Sequence record: MZ443771.1
Reading direction: 5' to 3' (one strand)
Length of the DNA: 64,000 nucleotides
In this document: in pieces, positions 27,701 through 37,631 of the stretch
Layout: every line of letters begins with the position of its first letter
Position numbering within the stretch: the first letter of the stretch is position 1
Notes under the pieces: model-generated
Told to the model about the DNA's origin: nothing
Databases searched by the model: none
The model's input: only the letters and a program-made list of their open reading frames with translations
Position numbers and translations under genes: made by a program

Positions 27701-30622
27701 GTAGCTGAAACGGAAGCGGTTAACGAACTCTACAGCACCACGCACACGAACACGCACACCGCCGATATCAACGTTGAACGTACCAGTTTGCAGGAAGCTC
27801 AGACCGACGATATAGATCGTGTTACGAGGAGCCTGAGAGATCACATCATACATGCGCTCCTCGCCCCAGGTGTTCACAGTGTCAGCAGTGATTGGCACTG
27901 CGTTCCAACCGTCAACGATCTTATGCAGGTCGTCACACCAGTTTGCTACGAGGTTTGACGGACAGATGATCAGAGGACGAATAGTCTCTTCACCCAAGTC
28001 GTCAAGCTCTTTGATGAGAGCAGCGATATCGGACAGACCGATAATCGTCTTACCACCACCAGGCGCGATAAAGATTGTGGCAAAGCGTGGACGACGACGG
28101 AGCGTCTTGTGCGCTTCAACCTGATGCGGCAGTAACGCTGCACCGTCTTTCAGGCCAGGGATACGGATATCGTCAATCGTGATACCGCTATCTGGTTTCA
28201 GTCGCTCAATCTCATTCTCGGCCGATTCGAAAATCTCAAGAGACTTAGGAATCACATCGCTGTACATCGTAGCGAACGGCAGGATGATTTGTTGCAGACG
28301 TCCAGACCCAGGCGCTTGGTCGCTGTCAATCAGAGAGCTAAACAGCTTCTTACGATCAGCAGTCACCAGAGAGTTTGCCATTTCACGATAGAGCGCACCA
28401 CCGAAGTAGTTGTTCAGTCGTGCCATGTCAGACAGCTTGGACTTCTCACCCATCACGAAGTAGTGCGTGTGGTTAGGCAGAGACTCGGTCGCAGCAGTGA
28501 TGCTACCCATCTCATTCAGAGAAGTCATGATCAGGTTCGAACCACGCAGACCAGCAGCGTCATTCAGCACACGAAGCATGATGCGCAGCATAGTCAGAGC
28601 AGGGCGCTCGTTCGACATATCAGGCACAGAGAAGTCGTTGCCGATCAGGTTCTCATACAGACCATTGTCCATAGAGCTTTCAGACAGGGAAGCATTCTCT
28701 GCATCCATGCCGACAGCTTTACGTGCGTTCTCTACCAGAGTTTTCAGATCAGGAACTTGTTTGCTCTTGAGCATAAACTCGTAGGTCTGACACGTCTGGG
28801 CGATGATGTTAACCAGCTCAGGCAGATTAGAGCCTTCTGGGGAGTTGAACTTGATTGTGGATTCGCTCACACTCTCAACCAACTTGCCACTGCCGGACTC
28901 TACCTTAGCAGCTTCGACCATCGTATCGAACGAGGTACGATACAGCGCCATACCGCCAGATGCCTGATTGTGATAGATGTTGCCAATCACGTTCGACACA
29001 GAACGGAAGTTAGGTGCTTCACCCGGCTCTGCGAAGTCGTAACCCAGAGCATCTGCTACGTCCAGCGAAGTCGGTGCTTTCATACCAACAGTACGCGTTT
29101 CGTTAACAGACAGGCCACCGCCGTTTGACGTGTTAACCACCAGCGCAAAGTCAGGGTCGATGCCGATACACACGTCACTGAAACGCGTCAGTGATTTAGC
29201 TTTCGCCTGCACTTCGCGGTCGTAATCGAGATTGCCGTTCTGGATAGCGAACATGTTGGTACGCAGCGTATCGTGCTCGGTAGACAGCGGGATGCCTTTT
29301 TCGAACAGGTCTTCAAGCACACCGTTCAGGCTAGTCTCGTATGTCTTAACCATGTCAACGTCGATATCTTCACGACGAGGCAGCACAGCCATAGTGCCGT
29401 TCGGCATGATGGTCATACCGTGCTCATCGGCCACAACATCGTTCACCACGTAGTTGAATTTCTCACGCAGCTTTTTCAGCTCAGGCAGAGAAGTGGCAGA
29501 CGTGACGTAGCGCGGGATACGAGCAGCACGAGTGATACCGGTACGAGTAGAGTTAGCAACACGGAAGTAATAGCTCGCCCAACCCTGGAACCAACGATAC
29601 AGACACATGGTCTGAGTCGCAGCGCCCTGAGAGATGTACTCAACCATTTCTTTCTCGAAGTTAACGATCAGACCACCTTCGACGCGGACGTCAGTGGCAA
29701 GCGCTACTTCATTGAAATCAACAGGAGTGTCGTGGCTGATCTTCATCGCTTGAATCTTGCGGTCGATCATCGCTTTGCCCGGAATCGAGCGAATGCCGAT
29801 GGTCATGAAGTCGCCCAGACCGTCTACTACCTGCTTGTCGAGATTGCGGAACAGGTCGATATCCAGATTGTGCATCGACGGGTGGATAGAGCGCAGTGCT
29901 GCGTTGTACACAGTCCAGTCTTTATCGAGTGGGATGCGAACCATCTTGGTATCGAACACGTTGCTGTTATTGCGCTCAACGCCGAAGATATCTTTGTACA
30001 TGGTCTTCGCCATGCGAATCGCGGCTTGTGCAATATCAGCGCTGTACGTTTGCAGGTTAGCGCGTTCGAACGTACCATCGTTGTCAACACGAGGACGGTC
30101 GCTACCCTGATTGTTCAGGATGTTGAAGTTACCGTTTGAAGCCAGCGGGCTAGTCGGGCACGGAGTACCAGACATGATGATATCTTTACCGCCAGGGAAA
30201 CGTGTGGAGTTTTCGACGATAGCGCCAGAAGATGCAGACAGATGCTCAGCCAGCGAGGACTTAATCTCACGCGTTAGCTTGCTATCGTTCAACATCACAT
30301 TGATCTTCAACGTCGCGGCTTCGATGTTGTTCTTGATACGCTTGGTGAAGTCGTCAGGAGAGACTTCCAGCATGTCTTCGAACTCAGCACCGTTAGTCAC
30401 GATGTAGTTGATCAGGTCGAATGCGGCATAGATTCGAGCGACGGTAGATGCGGTGAACACTGCAAGGGTTTCGTAGTTGCGACGAGACTTCCCTGTAGCG
30501 TACATCTTCGACATTTTACCATCGAACTCGGGGGGCAACGGACGGATAGCAAGCGCCTGACTAAAGCTGTCGGCAATTTGCTGCGTCGCGGTGGCTGACG
30601 TACTGATCACTTGATTCATCAT
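24776..30622 (-). CDS. Giant SNF2-family helicase/ATPase
   Basis: 1948 aa; LLPHQVEA (Q motif), APGGGKT, DESHKVKN, ATGT, EGHNMQ and WSPGTYDQSTARIFR. Confidence 0.85.
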   Translation of the reverse strand: MMNQVISTSATATQQIADSFSQALAIRPLPPEFDGKMSKMYATGKSRRNYETLAVFTASTVARIYAAFDLINYIVTNGAEFEDMLEVSPDDFTKRIKNNIEAATLKINVMLNDSKLTREIKSSLAEHLSASSGAIVENSTRFPGGKDIIMSGTPCPTSPLASNGNFNILNNQGSDRPRVDNDGTFERANLQTYSADIAQAAIRMAKTMYKDIFGVERNNSNVFDTKMVRIPLDKDWTVYNAALRSIHPSMHNLDIDLFRNLDKQVVDGLGDFMTIGIRSIPGKAMIDRKIQAMKISHDTPVDFNEVALATDVRVEGGLIVNFEKEMVEYISQGAATQTMCLYRWFQGWASYYFRVANSTRTGITRAARIPRYVTSATSLPELKKLREKFNYVVNDVVADEHGMTIMPNGTMAVLPRREDIDVDMVKTYETSLNGVLEDLFEKGIPLSTEHDTLRTNMFAIQNGNLDYDREVQAKAKSLTRFSDVCIGIDPDFALVVNTSNGGGLSVNETRTVGMKAPTSLDVADALGYDFAEPGEAPNFRSVSNVIGNIYHNQASGGMALYRTSFDTMVEAAKVESGSGKLVESVSESTIKFNSPEGSNLPELVNIIAQTCQTYEFMLKSKQVPDLKTLVENARKAVGMDAENASLSESSMDNGLYENLIGNDFSVPDMSNERPALTMLRIMLRVLNDAAGLRGSNLIMTSLNEMGSITAATESLPNHTHYFVMGEKSKLSDMARLNNYFGGALYREMANSLVTADRKKLFSSLIDSDQAPGSGRLQQIILPFATMYSDVIPKSLEIFESAENEIERLKPDSGITIDDIRIPGLKDGAALLPHQVEAHKTLRRRPRFATIFIAPGGGKTIIGLSDIAALIKELDDLGEETIRPLIICPSNLVANWCDDLHKIVDGWNAVPITADTVNTWGEERMYDVISQAPRNTIYIVGLSFLQTGTFNVDIGGVRVRVRGAVEFVNRFRFSYVLLDESHKVKNFSGGQAGSQVHFNTKAVFTAPSVRYARIATGTLVTDRVRDIVGQAALMTPAMFGDSLDVAYDGAKDDIEMIRRAHSRMANHTAFISFKRKHWAFMLPNPIDTFIQVEIDDPSVPNSALHQEVYNAMYAEVLEKLDEAARNAKKSKSSDDEDDETGGGDNENATDIDEDDIEEGDDLGALLAGNADLNMYFQRMEMMLTDPMGDDVARLTFEAAGVNNFVSAKVLTIIDRIKKHFEVQPERDIMVKEQQIFEWKPGVQPRELDIAVYNGQKYLARKQSEEFQRQDLPPSMTPPPDDPDYWKPEVQGKLIVFTRYVRAANAIYNALPANYKKVAVVYHGEVGKLGQNKDANLDAFKTDPNVQILIANEQAISEGHNMQMGSRIIRCDTPWSPGTYDQSTARIFRPDVAAAKLDENGKPGDMAREVVFIDWVMTNKTLEVGKVARLMWKTLEKTRFDEKGNKRYEALDQYKLDPIKMSPSLLLDNNTMKDFEPYFLAKRDLNEIESQEFQEMRRTTVAAMQALPSTPALNDFRVMEQTPFVANQKIPDRHGWGLERILDWARNRNFASGENLKDSLNRAPVVTEYGNGLIVSVTARMVDGKLRADSPISTVRVRLAGTGETVSIPATKVHIATKVDKADLKRFFEQRKPWANEKDRKRANAEANRVEVEDTVLDETQTADTKETEKKVEAQARKAARVAQRKQNKEEGKPINEGVEEAAKKVRRRKAADLPPLANTTTRMKPGAKAVAEATGSDMALELTPTVYNGFVALYADATDPDAKALKEFDFVEFGDYVYYDCAYYADFEALLDFIEVKKKLSFDRMSEKRLEFVLDFFDESTPRMGFNVKLATKGQEQLPKFFLVKHKSASDKNHIKAYPMVMEDRLRIMFDLKTNPKMKRFVGTKIPNTRKFGTFDQAPGMWIGFVKNVATAKSRINKIVKAGYTITNIKRVTTALDKLKLTMSKNKSV

Positions 30623-31113
30623 TCACCCGATTTAATGTAGTTGTCAATCACGGACTGCCACACCGTTGGAACTGGTAGGCGACGGTCCGCAGCGATATCT
30701 GAAAGCACGACAGCCAGCGCATAAGCGCGAAGCGGAGCGAGACCCTCAAACTTATCACGCGTAAACACAGACATGAGTTGGTCATTAGTCAGTGTCTGGT
30801 ATTGCGCACGATACTCTGAAAGGTACTGGCCATACTTGCCGTCGTCAACTGGCGTAGTGTCCGGAATGCTCTGGACATACAGCAGCGCTTTCCCAAGTGC
30901 ATCCATAATCAGAAGCAAATCTGCTTGATCATACGGAGTGATATCAGGCACGTTGGAGCGACCCATCAATTCGAGAACTGATTGAGGCAACTGGATAGGC
31001 TCTCGTTCAGCCGAGAGGGACTTCATTACACCACCAGCAGCTCCTGCGTATGACTTATCGCTACACGCAAGTTCCGACAGTAGAGTATGAAGACGCGTGT
31101 TTACGTCATTCAC
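30619..31113 (-). CDS. Hypothetical protein
   Basis: 164 aa, overlaps the SNF2 start. Confidence 0.6.
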   Translation of the reverse strand: MNDVNTRLHTLLSELACSDKSYAGAAGGVMKSLSAEREPIQLPQSVLELMGRSNVPDITPYDQADLLLIMDALGKALLYVQSIPDTTPVDDGKYGQYLSEYRAQYQTLTNDQLMSVFTRDKFEGLAPLRAYALAVVLSDIAADRRLPVPTVWQSVIDNYIKSGE

Positions 31114-31123
31114 GGTTCTTCTC

Positions 31124-31906
31124 CTAAATAAAAATGCTCTTGACCAGAGTGTTCAGTTTCTTTTCCACCGCATGACGTTTATACGTGGTCAGGAAACAAC
31201 ACAGCCTGCGTGATTGAATGTGCAGTGCAATCGCATTGCCCCGAACGCGCATACAGTCAACACCAAGATCAATACTCCACGGATGCCACGCACGAGGCGC
31301 AAGCATACCCTGCTGAATTGTCGGATAAGTGTCCGGCACAACAGGTAGAGGAGACTTTTCCAATTTCTTGGTCAAATTATCAGTTTTGAACAACGCTTTA
31401 GGCTGTTTGTTCGAAAACCAGTAAGGAACCTGCTTATGCAGTATCTCGCCAACTTTCGGTATACCACCGCGAGTTGTTTGAGGCACATACACGAGGTAGA
31501 TATCGATCGTGGTATTGAGACAGTTAGCGACACGGTTGTAGTCGCTGTTTGTGCGCGACTGCACATCAGCCAGACGGAACTTATTGCTGAACTCAATACG
31601 TTGCAGCCACTGCTTGAGGTCATTTTGTTGAATCTTCAACAATGCTTTCGCCTGATCGATAGAGTGCAACGTAACAGGCGGAATATGACGCAGCAGGAAC
31701 TTAGTGCTTGTGCGAGACAGCGACGAGATGAACCCTTCGATTACTCGCTCCATGCCTAGAGGCTGAGGCAGTGAGTGAAACAGATCAACCGCAGTCTGCG
31801 TCGAAATGAATGCACCCCATGCTTCGATATACTCTGGGTCAACGCAATCAGGGAAGTTGCGAAGGTCCAGCCCTACATCTGAGCCATAACGTTTCAAACG
31901 ACTCAC
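31124..31906 (-). CDS. Hypothetical protein
   Basis: 260 aa, tightly packed. Confidence 0.65.
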   Translation of the reverse strand: MSRLKRYGSDVGLDLRNFPDCVDPEYIEAWGAFISTQTAVDLFHSLPQPLGMERVIEGFISSLSRTSTKFLLRHIPPVTLHSIDQAKALLKIQQNDLKQWLQRIEFSNKFRLADVQSRTNSDYNRVANCLNTTIDIYLVYVPQTTRGGIPKVGEILHKQVPYWFSNKQPKALFKTDNLTKKLEKSPLPVVPDTYPTIQQGMLAPRAWHPWSIDLGVDCMRVRGNAIALHIQSRRLCCFLTTYKRHAVEKKLNTLVKSIFI

Positions 31907-32268
31907 CGTTTACCTCCATGAAGCAATCGAGAGCCACGACGGTTGTTACTGCCTATCTGGTTGTTGTCGCATGAATAACACAACAGTTCAAGATTGTGCT
32001 TCATGTTCGAACCGCCTTTGGCGTGTCCAACTTTGTGGTTGAGAATAAGCTGGGCAGTAGGTACGCCACAGCGTTCGCAGAATTGACCACGCTCGTCGAT
32101 GATACTCATCTTGAGTCGAGTCCAGTCTGCTCTGTCCATACGAACGTGAGTACCTGCGCGAGCACGTTCAAAGCCTGTAACACCAGCAAGACGTTGTGAC
32201 GTGGACATGCTTCTGCCACGACCACCCATAGTTCTCGCTGCAATACCACCCTTAGGTCTGTATGCCAT
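31903..32268 (-). CDS. HNH endonuclease
   Basis: CERCG...NHKVGHAKGGSN..HNLELLCYSCDN. Confidence 0.85.
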   Translation of the reverse strand: MAYRPKGGIAARTMGGRGRSMSTSQRLAGVTGFERARAGTHVRMDRADWTRLKMSIIDERGQFCERCGVPTAQLILNHKVGHAKGGSNMKHNLELLCYSCDNNQIGSNNRRGSRLLHGGKR

Positions 32269-32290
32269 GTCAATCTCCTAAATACAATGT

Positions 32291-32299
32291 TATTTACAG
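32291..32299 (-). promoter_or_regulatory. Putative replication-class promoter motif (CTGTAAATA)
   Basis: 23 nt upstream of the HNH start. Confidence 0.55.
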
Positions 32300-32301
32300 A
32301 C

Positions 32302-33123
32302 TTAGGCGCTCGCACTGAATATCTGAACCGTCTTTGACAGACTGGCTTGATAGGATTGCTCTATGTCTTTCGCCGCGTTACGAACGATCTGGGTCACCTG
32401 ATTCTGAGCACCAGCAATCATCTCAATAGGCAGATTCTTCTTGTTCCATGCGTTGAGCTTGTGGAACACGTCTACGAGGATTGTACCGGCAGACTCTGCG
32501 AATGGTGCAAGCACTTCGACGTTGAGTATCTCACCCAGCTGGCCAACGTCACGCAGCGCACGAAGGTCAGCAATGATCTCACGCATCTGGTTATACAGTT
32601 GCATGAGCGCGTAAATATCACGGCTCTGTTTGCCCGCTTTGTATTGCTTCTCGCAGATACGTGCCATATCCTGACACTGAGTAAACATGGTCATGTACTC
32701 TTGAATCTGCGCATTCTCTTGTTTGATAACGTCAGGGATTTCGTCCATCGCTTCGATGAACTGACCTTCGAGAACGGCAACATCGGTGCTCAAACTCTTT
32801 TTGTCTTTCTTCTTTTTCTTCTTGAGAGTATCAACCGCATTCTCTTTTTTCTTTTTCTTCTTCACCTTTTCAGGCTTAGGTTCGTTAAGAGACTGCATTG
32901 CCTTTTGTGACGCTGCGATATCCGAATAGAACGACTCGGGATCAATGTGTTTCGGCAGCTCGTCGTTAACAGAGTCAGACTTCTTTTTCTTTTTGACCTT
33001 AACGCCTTTGCTAACTGTTTTAGCTTTCTTGACGGTGGTCTTAGCTTTAACTTTTGCTTTGCTCTTTTTCTTTGCAGGAGCTTGTGCAAAAGAGCCAATG
33101 TCATCCAAGCTTATGGCCGCCAT
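32302..33123 (-). CDS. Hypothetical protein with poly-Lys N-terminus and helical C-terminus
   Basis: 273 aa; long Lys runs suggest nucleic-acid binding. Confidence 0.6.
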   Translation of the reverse strand: MAAISLDDIGSFAQAPAKKKSKAKVKAKTTVKKAKTVSKGVKVKKKKKSDSVNDELPKHIDPESFYSDIAASQKAMQSLNEPKPEKVKKKKKKENAVDTLKKKKKKDKKSLSTDVAVLEGQFIEAMDEIPDVIKQENAQIQEYMTMFTQCQDMARICEKQYKAGKQSRDIYALMQLYNQMREIIADLRALRDVGQLGEILNVEVLAPFAESAGTILVDVFHKLNAWNKKNLPIEMIAGAQNQVTQIVRNAAKDIEQSYQASLSKTVQIFSASA

Positions 33124-33145
33124 ATGAAAATCCTCAGTAGAAACG

Positions 33146-33174
33146 AAAAAAGGGAACCCCGCGAGGCTCCCTTT
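33146..33174 (-). terminator. Intrinsic terminator
   Basis: AGGGAGCC-TCGCG-GGGTTCCCT followed by TTTTT. Confidence 0.7.
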
Positions 33175-33183
33175 AGGGTTTGT

Positions 33184-33990
33184 TTAGAAGCTATGACCTT
33201 TGATGATCGTTGCCAGCTTGTCGTAGTATTCAGGGCTGTAGCGGAATACTTGTTTGTAGTAGTCCAGCAGCTTAGGAACGTCTACTCCAGCGGCAGCAGA
33301 TACTGAATCAACCTGAGGGAAGTGCTTGTCGTCCAGCTCATCGCCAGACAGCACAGCTACCATGCTCATGGAGCTGATTTGCTCTTCCTGACCCTGCTCG
33401 TCAACAACGAGGAAGGTGTTGTCGTCAGTCACGGCAGCAGCAACGAAACCAACTTTCAGTTCACCGCTGTTTGACACGAAGCTAATCATGTCGCCACCAG
33501 CAGCGCCCGCCAGTACGGCATTGTGACGTGCGATAGTCGCAGCCAGTTCAGGCATAGAAGTCTGAATGTTTGTAGCAGACGCGCCGGACACGGAACGAAT
33601 CATGTTGATCAGTTCAGAGTTATCGTTCGCATCGCTTTCGCGTACCAGAACATCTTCACCGCTTTCGCTGCGGCGAATAGCCCACATGCGCTCTGACTTG
33701 TCCATGTACATGTTCTTGGACAGCGCCTGGAACTCGTCACCCATCTGCGACACAGGAACGATATCCTGCATACGGTGCATGACAGTACGGATGAAGCTGG
33801 TGGTTTTACCCGCGTCCAGAACAGTAGCAGCGCCAGCAACAGGAACGTATTCACGATTGCAGGAAGCGCTCACAACAGCACCGAAGTTGTCGGCAATGTT
33901 CTCGCCGTGAGCGTGTGTAACTTGCACGATGGCCACGCTCTGGTTGTCGTTGAGCTGGTCAATCTGTTTGATGAAAGCCTTCATTGTCAT
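33184..33990 (-). CDS. Putative virion/head protein
   Basis: 268 aa, preceded by CTAATTTC, in the morphogenesis block. Confidence 0.45.
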   Translation of the reverse strand: MTMKAFIKQIDQLNDNQSVAIVQVTHAHGENIADNFGAVVSASCNREYVPVAGAATVLDAGKTTSFIRTVMHRMQDIVPVSQMGDEFQALSKNMYMDKSERMWAIRRSESGEDVLVRESDANDNSELINMIRSVSGASATNIQTSMPELAATIARHNAVLAGAAGGDMISFVSNSGELKVGFVAAAVTDDNTFLVVDEQGQEEQISSMSMVAVLSGDELDDKHFPQVDSVSAAAGVDVPKLLDYYKQVFRYSPEYYDKLATIIKGHSF

Positions 33991-34012
33991 CTCCTGAATG
34001 TTTCGACAATAT

Positions 34013-34020
34013 GAAATTAG
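34013..34020 (-). promoter_or_regulatory. Putative late promoter motif (CTAATTTC)
   Basis: 23 nt upstream of 33990. Confidence 0.55.
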
Positions 34021-34031
34021 TAAACTTAGGG

Positions 34032-35195
34032 TTAGCCAGTCACGCGATAACGCGCATTGACCCAGATACTACGGTTACCAACAGTAGCCCATTTGGTTGT
34101 TGGGCTATTTGTGATGCCGAGCTTGCCAAGTGCGCGAGCACCGTCAATCGCACCAGCACCCTGAGAACCATCACCGTCGTTGATTCCGGCTTTAGACAGT
34201 TTGTTCTTCAAGTTCGTAACAGGACCTTGAATCTGTGTTTCGAGTCGACCTAAAGCAGACTCAATAGCAGGCGTACGGTCCATGTTTAAGTTGACGACTT
34301 GACCTGTGAAGTCAAACGCCATTTGCCCTTCTGCTTGAAGTTGTGCAGACAGCGCATAATAGCAGCTACAGGTAATCCAGCCGTCTAAGATTGTGCCCTG
34401 CATGTTCGTACCGTTAAAGCCGGTGACACGCGGACCAATCATATTGAACAGCGCAAGGCCACGATACAGATAACCAACAAGGTCAGCCTGAGTGTATTCA
34501 AGCTCAGGGATAACGTTGTATGCTCTCGCTTTGTTGATGTGGTCTTCAACCATCGACGCTGCAATGAGAACTTGCGGCGTGATTGCCCACAACTTAAACG
34601 TGAACATCTTGGTTGTCTTACGTGTCGCCGAAGTGTAATGCACGATCAAGCTAATCGGCTCAAGGCGACGAGTAGCAACCCATACAGGAACTTGGAACAC
34701 GCAGGTCTTTGCGCGGTTCACAATCATCTTCACACCAGCATCGCCGGAGTCGATATCAGATGCAACGATTTGGTTGTTGAGTGCGAGTTGGAATTTCAGC
34801 TTATCGCCACGCGTGTCGAAGTGAAACGGCAACGTTATCTCAAACGTTTCGTTATCCCCAAACAGCGTAACGATATCAGTCACACGGTTTTCAGTCAGTG
34901 GCTCAACGATGAGTTCCTGACGCGACTGCATGACACCTTCTTCCGACTCGTACCGCCATGTGACTACAAGACGTTTATCGTCCACCAGCCCCATGTTAGG
35001 AACAGCAACGTCAGCAGTCCACGAGCCGGGAATCTCACCCGGCGTAGCGACCACTTGAGCCAGCACTGATTTATCATCAGGGTCAATGAGGCTTACGACA
35101 GGCCCCATATCATCTGACTGCGGATAGACTGGCTGGTCGAGGTCATTAAAGAATGTTTCCTCAATGACCAACACATTACCTTCTGTTGTGCGCAT
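34032..35195 (-). CDS. Putative neck / head-tail adaptor protein with an N-terminal beta-sandwich
   Basis: Likely start MRTTEG at 35195, coupled to the upstream TGA; helical C-terminus (ELEYTQADLVGYLYRGLALFN) is reminiscent of head-completion proteins. Confidence 0.45.
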   Translation of the reverse strand: MRTTEGNVLVIEETFFNDLDQPVYPQSDDMGPVVSLIDPDDKSVLAQVVATPGEIPGSWTADVAVPNMGLVDDKRLVVTWRYESEEGVMQSRQELIVEPLTENRVTDIVTLFGDNETFEITLPFHFDTRGDKLKFQLALNNQIVASDIDSGDAGVKMIVNRAKTCVFQVPVWVATRRLEPISLIVHYTSATRKTTKMFTFKLWAITPQVLIAASMVEDHINKARAYNVIPELEYTQADLVGYLYRGLALFNMIGPRVTGFNGTNMQGTILDGWITCSCYYALSAQLQAEGQMAFDFTGQVVNLNMDRTPAIESALGRLETQIQGPVTNLKNKLSKAGINDGDGSQGAGAIDGARALGKLGITNSPTTKWATVGNRSIWVNARYRVTG

Positions 35196-35196
35196 A

Positions 35197-36303
35197 TCAG
35201 TCCGCCTTAGTGAGTCCCAGATACTCAATCAGATTGCGTAGCTGGTCGTTATACCCACCTTCGATTAGCGCTCGTGCCATTGCAACGTGGTTCGAGTTCG
35301 CAGTGCGCACTACCTTAGCCTGATACTCAGGAACGTTCTGCATGTTCTGGCTCAGGTTGTAGAAGTAACTGCGCACGAAGTTGGTTCGCTCCACGTTACT
35401 CGCTTCCATATCGCTTGTGTCCTGTGTAGGAGTCAGCAGCAGATAGAGAGCAGCAAGCAGTTCAGGACTTTGGTCAACGACAGGCGAGGCAAGCGAAGCA
35501 GCAATCTTCGTCATACCTTTCGCAATGAAGTCAACCACAGTCTTCTCAATGTACGCTGTCCCCGCCTTGCCGACGTTCGGCAGATACAGATTAGGCAGGA
35601 TATAAATACAGAAGTACAGAGGGAAATCTTTACGCATCACATCGGGGATGAGCATCTCGGAGTAATCTTTCCAGATGTTCAGGTTGAAGTGCCACTCATC
35701 GTAAGGCACAGTGCGCATCAGGTTAGATACCGTCAGGTCGCGCACCAGATTCGCCTGCGATGCAAGATCGCGAGCGCTCTGAGAAGGGCCGAGAGTAGAA
35801 CTCGACACCAGTTGAACGTAGTTGCGAGTGACAGCACCCACAGTGTTATACACAACGTTCAACATCTCTACCCCGTTACCGTTAAGTCCGAAGATAACAG
35901 AACGAGGCAGGCCGATTGTGATGTACTCGTTATTATTGTCAACGCCCCACAAGCGCCAGTAACGCCCGCGACCAAGCTGAGTCATAGGCTGCGGGAGAAT
36001 ACGATTAGCGCGAGGTTTCAGGCAGAACGTGAAGCAGATACCGCTATCAATCATGATCACTGAATCATCAGGACGATTCGAGTAACCCATCGACATATCG
36101 TTATCCGTCGAGTACACGTTCACCAGAGTGAAGTTCAGAGACTTGGTGAAAGGCATCTGAGCTTCAATCAAATAGGCGAGGACTTGACGAACGATAGTAT
36201 CAAGCACATACGGACTAGCAGAACGCATTTGTTGCGGACGGTATTGCCCGCTGAATGTGTTCTCTTTGAATGTGCGATCTACCTTGAAGTGCGTCAACGC
36301 CAT
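35197..36303 (-). CDS. Putative virion structural protein
   Basis: 368 aa, coupled within the morphogenesis operon. Confidence 0.5.
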   Translation of the reverse strand: MALTHFKVDRTFKENTFSGQYRPQQMRSASPYVLDTIVRQVLAYLIEAQMPFTKSLNFTLVNVYSTDNDMSMGYSNRPDDSVIMIDSGICFTFCLKPRANRILPQPMTQLGRGRYWRLWGVDNNNEYITIGLPRSVIFGLNGNGVEMLNVVYNTVGAVTRNYVQLVSSSTLGPSQSARDLASQANLVRDLTVSNLMRTVPYDEWHFNLNIWKDYSEMLIPDVMRKDFPLYFCIYILPNLYLPNVGKAGTAYIEKTVVDFIAKGMTKIAASLASPVVDQSPELLAALYLLLTPTQDTSDMEASNVERTNFVRSYFYNLSQNMQNVPEYQAKVVRTANSNHVAMARALIEGGYNDQLRNLIEYLGLTKAD

Positions 36304-37592
36304 TACTTAACCGATTGCTTGAGCAGTCGTTTCTGCGCAGGGCTGAGACCCATGACTTCGGCAATGTCGTCGATTTTCTTCAACGTCAGTACGCCTTTCG
36401 CAGTGCCGCCGCTACCAGTCAGGGAGACCTTAACGAACTCACGTCCGCTACGACCATTGACCATCTGGTGAACGATGCTGTTCTTACCGCCGCGGCCAGC
36501 ACGAAGCGCAGTCGATGCCATGCCCAGGATTTCGGTAACAGCTTCTTTCTTCTCGGTAGGGCTGAGGCCCGGAGCAAGACGAACATACAGGCTGTCATTC
36601 TGGACACGCACGTTGTCGAAGATTTCTTTCTTACGACCGCGAATGGTGTGCTGTGCATTACCCAGCTGAGTGGTGTCACGCAGGTTCTGAGTAGAGCGGT
36701 TGATTGGCTTACGCTCACTGTAGTTCAGGAAGCCGTCGAGAGCCATCAGGTGGTTGATGGTACGCTTCATCTCAGGAGCAGTTTTAATCTGACGACCCAT
36801 AGGGAAGCTGCCCGGAACTTTCTCGTCAACGAGTGACGTCAGGAAGTTCTCACTGATACCGCTTGCCACTGCGATAGTGGTAGACAGCACCAGAGCATAG
36901 TTCGGGTAGTGCAGACCATCAGAGTTTACGAAGTTGTCGATAAACACATAGGTCTGGAAGCAGATAGGGTCGGTGCCTGACGCGATGAATGTACGAGTAC
37001 GAATCTTCGAATAGTCTTCTTTATTCAGAATCTTCGACAGGTAGTTAGCGATAGTCGCAGCCAGCTTGGTATGTTCTTTCGGAGCGCCGTTCTTAACGTC
37101 GATGCTCATCAGTTTAACCAATTTGGTCTGCTGGTCTTTCGCTTGCGTGATGACGTTCAGCAGGGACTTTGCAGCAGTGCTCTGATCTTTAAATGCGCTG
37201 AAAGTCTTGCTGCTAAGAATCTGATAGGCGACAGACAGTTCACCAATTGCTTGTGACAGTTGGCTAACCTGCTGGTTATACTGCGCCTTGTTCTTAACGT
37301 CAGTGATATCAATCTTCGACAGGTCGATTACCTGATTCAGGTCGATAGCTTTTGCCTGTTTGCCTTTGATTGAACCTTCAATATCAGACAGTTCAATCGC
37401 TTTGGCACTCATCGACAGGAGTTTTTTCGGGATGACGACAGACGTGGCTTGTGCGATAACTTTATCGAGTACGTTGCGGAACTCTTTCGCTGTACGCGCA
37501 CCGCGTAGGGCAGTCATGTTCCCAGAGCTATAGTCAACAGATGCGCTGATACTGCTAACTTCATTGTTTTTGGCAGTCTTAGCCATGATCAT
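36303..37592 (-). CDS. Putative virion/head protein
   Basis: 429 aa; behind CTAATTTT; N-terminal EVSSISAS. Confidence 0.5.
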   Translation of the reverse strand: MIMAKTAKNNEVSSISASVDYSSGNMTALRGARTAKEFRNVLDKVIAQATSVVIPKKLLSMSAKAIELSDIEGSIKGKQAKAIDLNQVIDLSKIDITDVKNKAQYNQQVSQLSQAIGELSVAYQILSSKTFSAFKDQSTAAKSLLNVITQAKDQQTKLVKLMSIDVKNGAPKEHTKLAATIANYLSKILNKEDYSKIRTRTFIASGTDPICFQTYVFIDNFVNSDGLHYPNYALVLSTTIAVASGISENFLTSLVDEKVPGSFPMGRQIKTAPEMKRTINHLMALDGFLNYSERKPINRSTQNLRDTTQLGNAQHTIRGRKKEIFDNVRVQNDSLYVRLAPGLSPTEKKEAVTEILGMASTALRAGRGGKNSIVHQMVNGRSGREFVKVSLTGSGGTAKGVLTLKKIDDIAEVMGLSPAQKRLLKQSVK

Positions 37593-37623
37593 CCTCTACT
37601 GGGTCTAGTAATCATATCGAATA

Positions 37624-37631
37624 AAAATTAG
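37624..37631 (-). promoter_or_regulatory. Putative late promoter motif (CTAATTTT)
   Basis: 32 nt upstream of 37592. Confidence 0.6.

Noticed and set aside
24776-30622. DarB-like methyltransferase domain in the SNF2 protein
   Set aside because: No GxGxG or NPPY/DPPY-type motif pair found.
31903-32268. HNH gene as a mobile homing endonuclease
   Set aside because: It is a short stand-alone HNH with no extra DNA-binding domain and heads an operon with its own promoter motif, which fits a resident gene better.
32302-33123. Terminase small subunit call
   Set aside because: Supported only by basic composition and position; no motif and no large terminase nearby.
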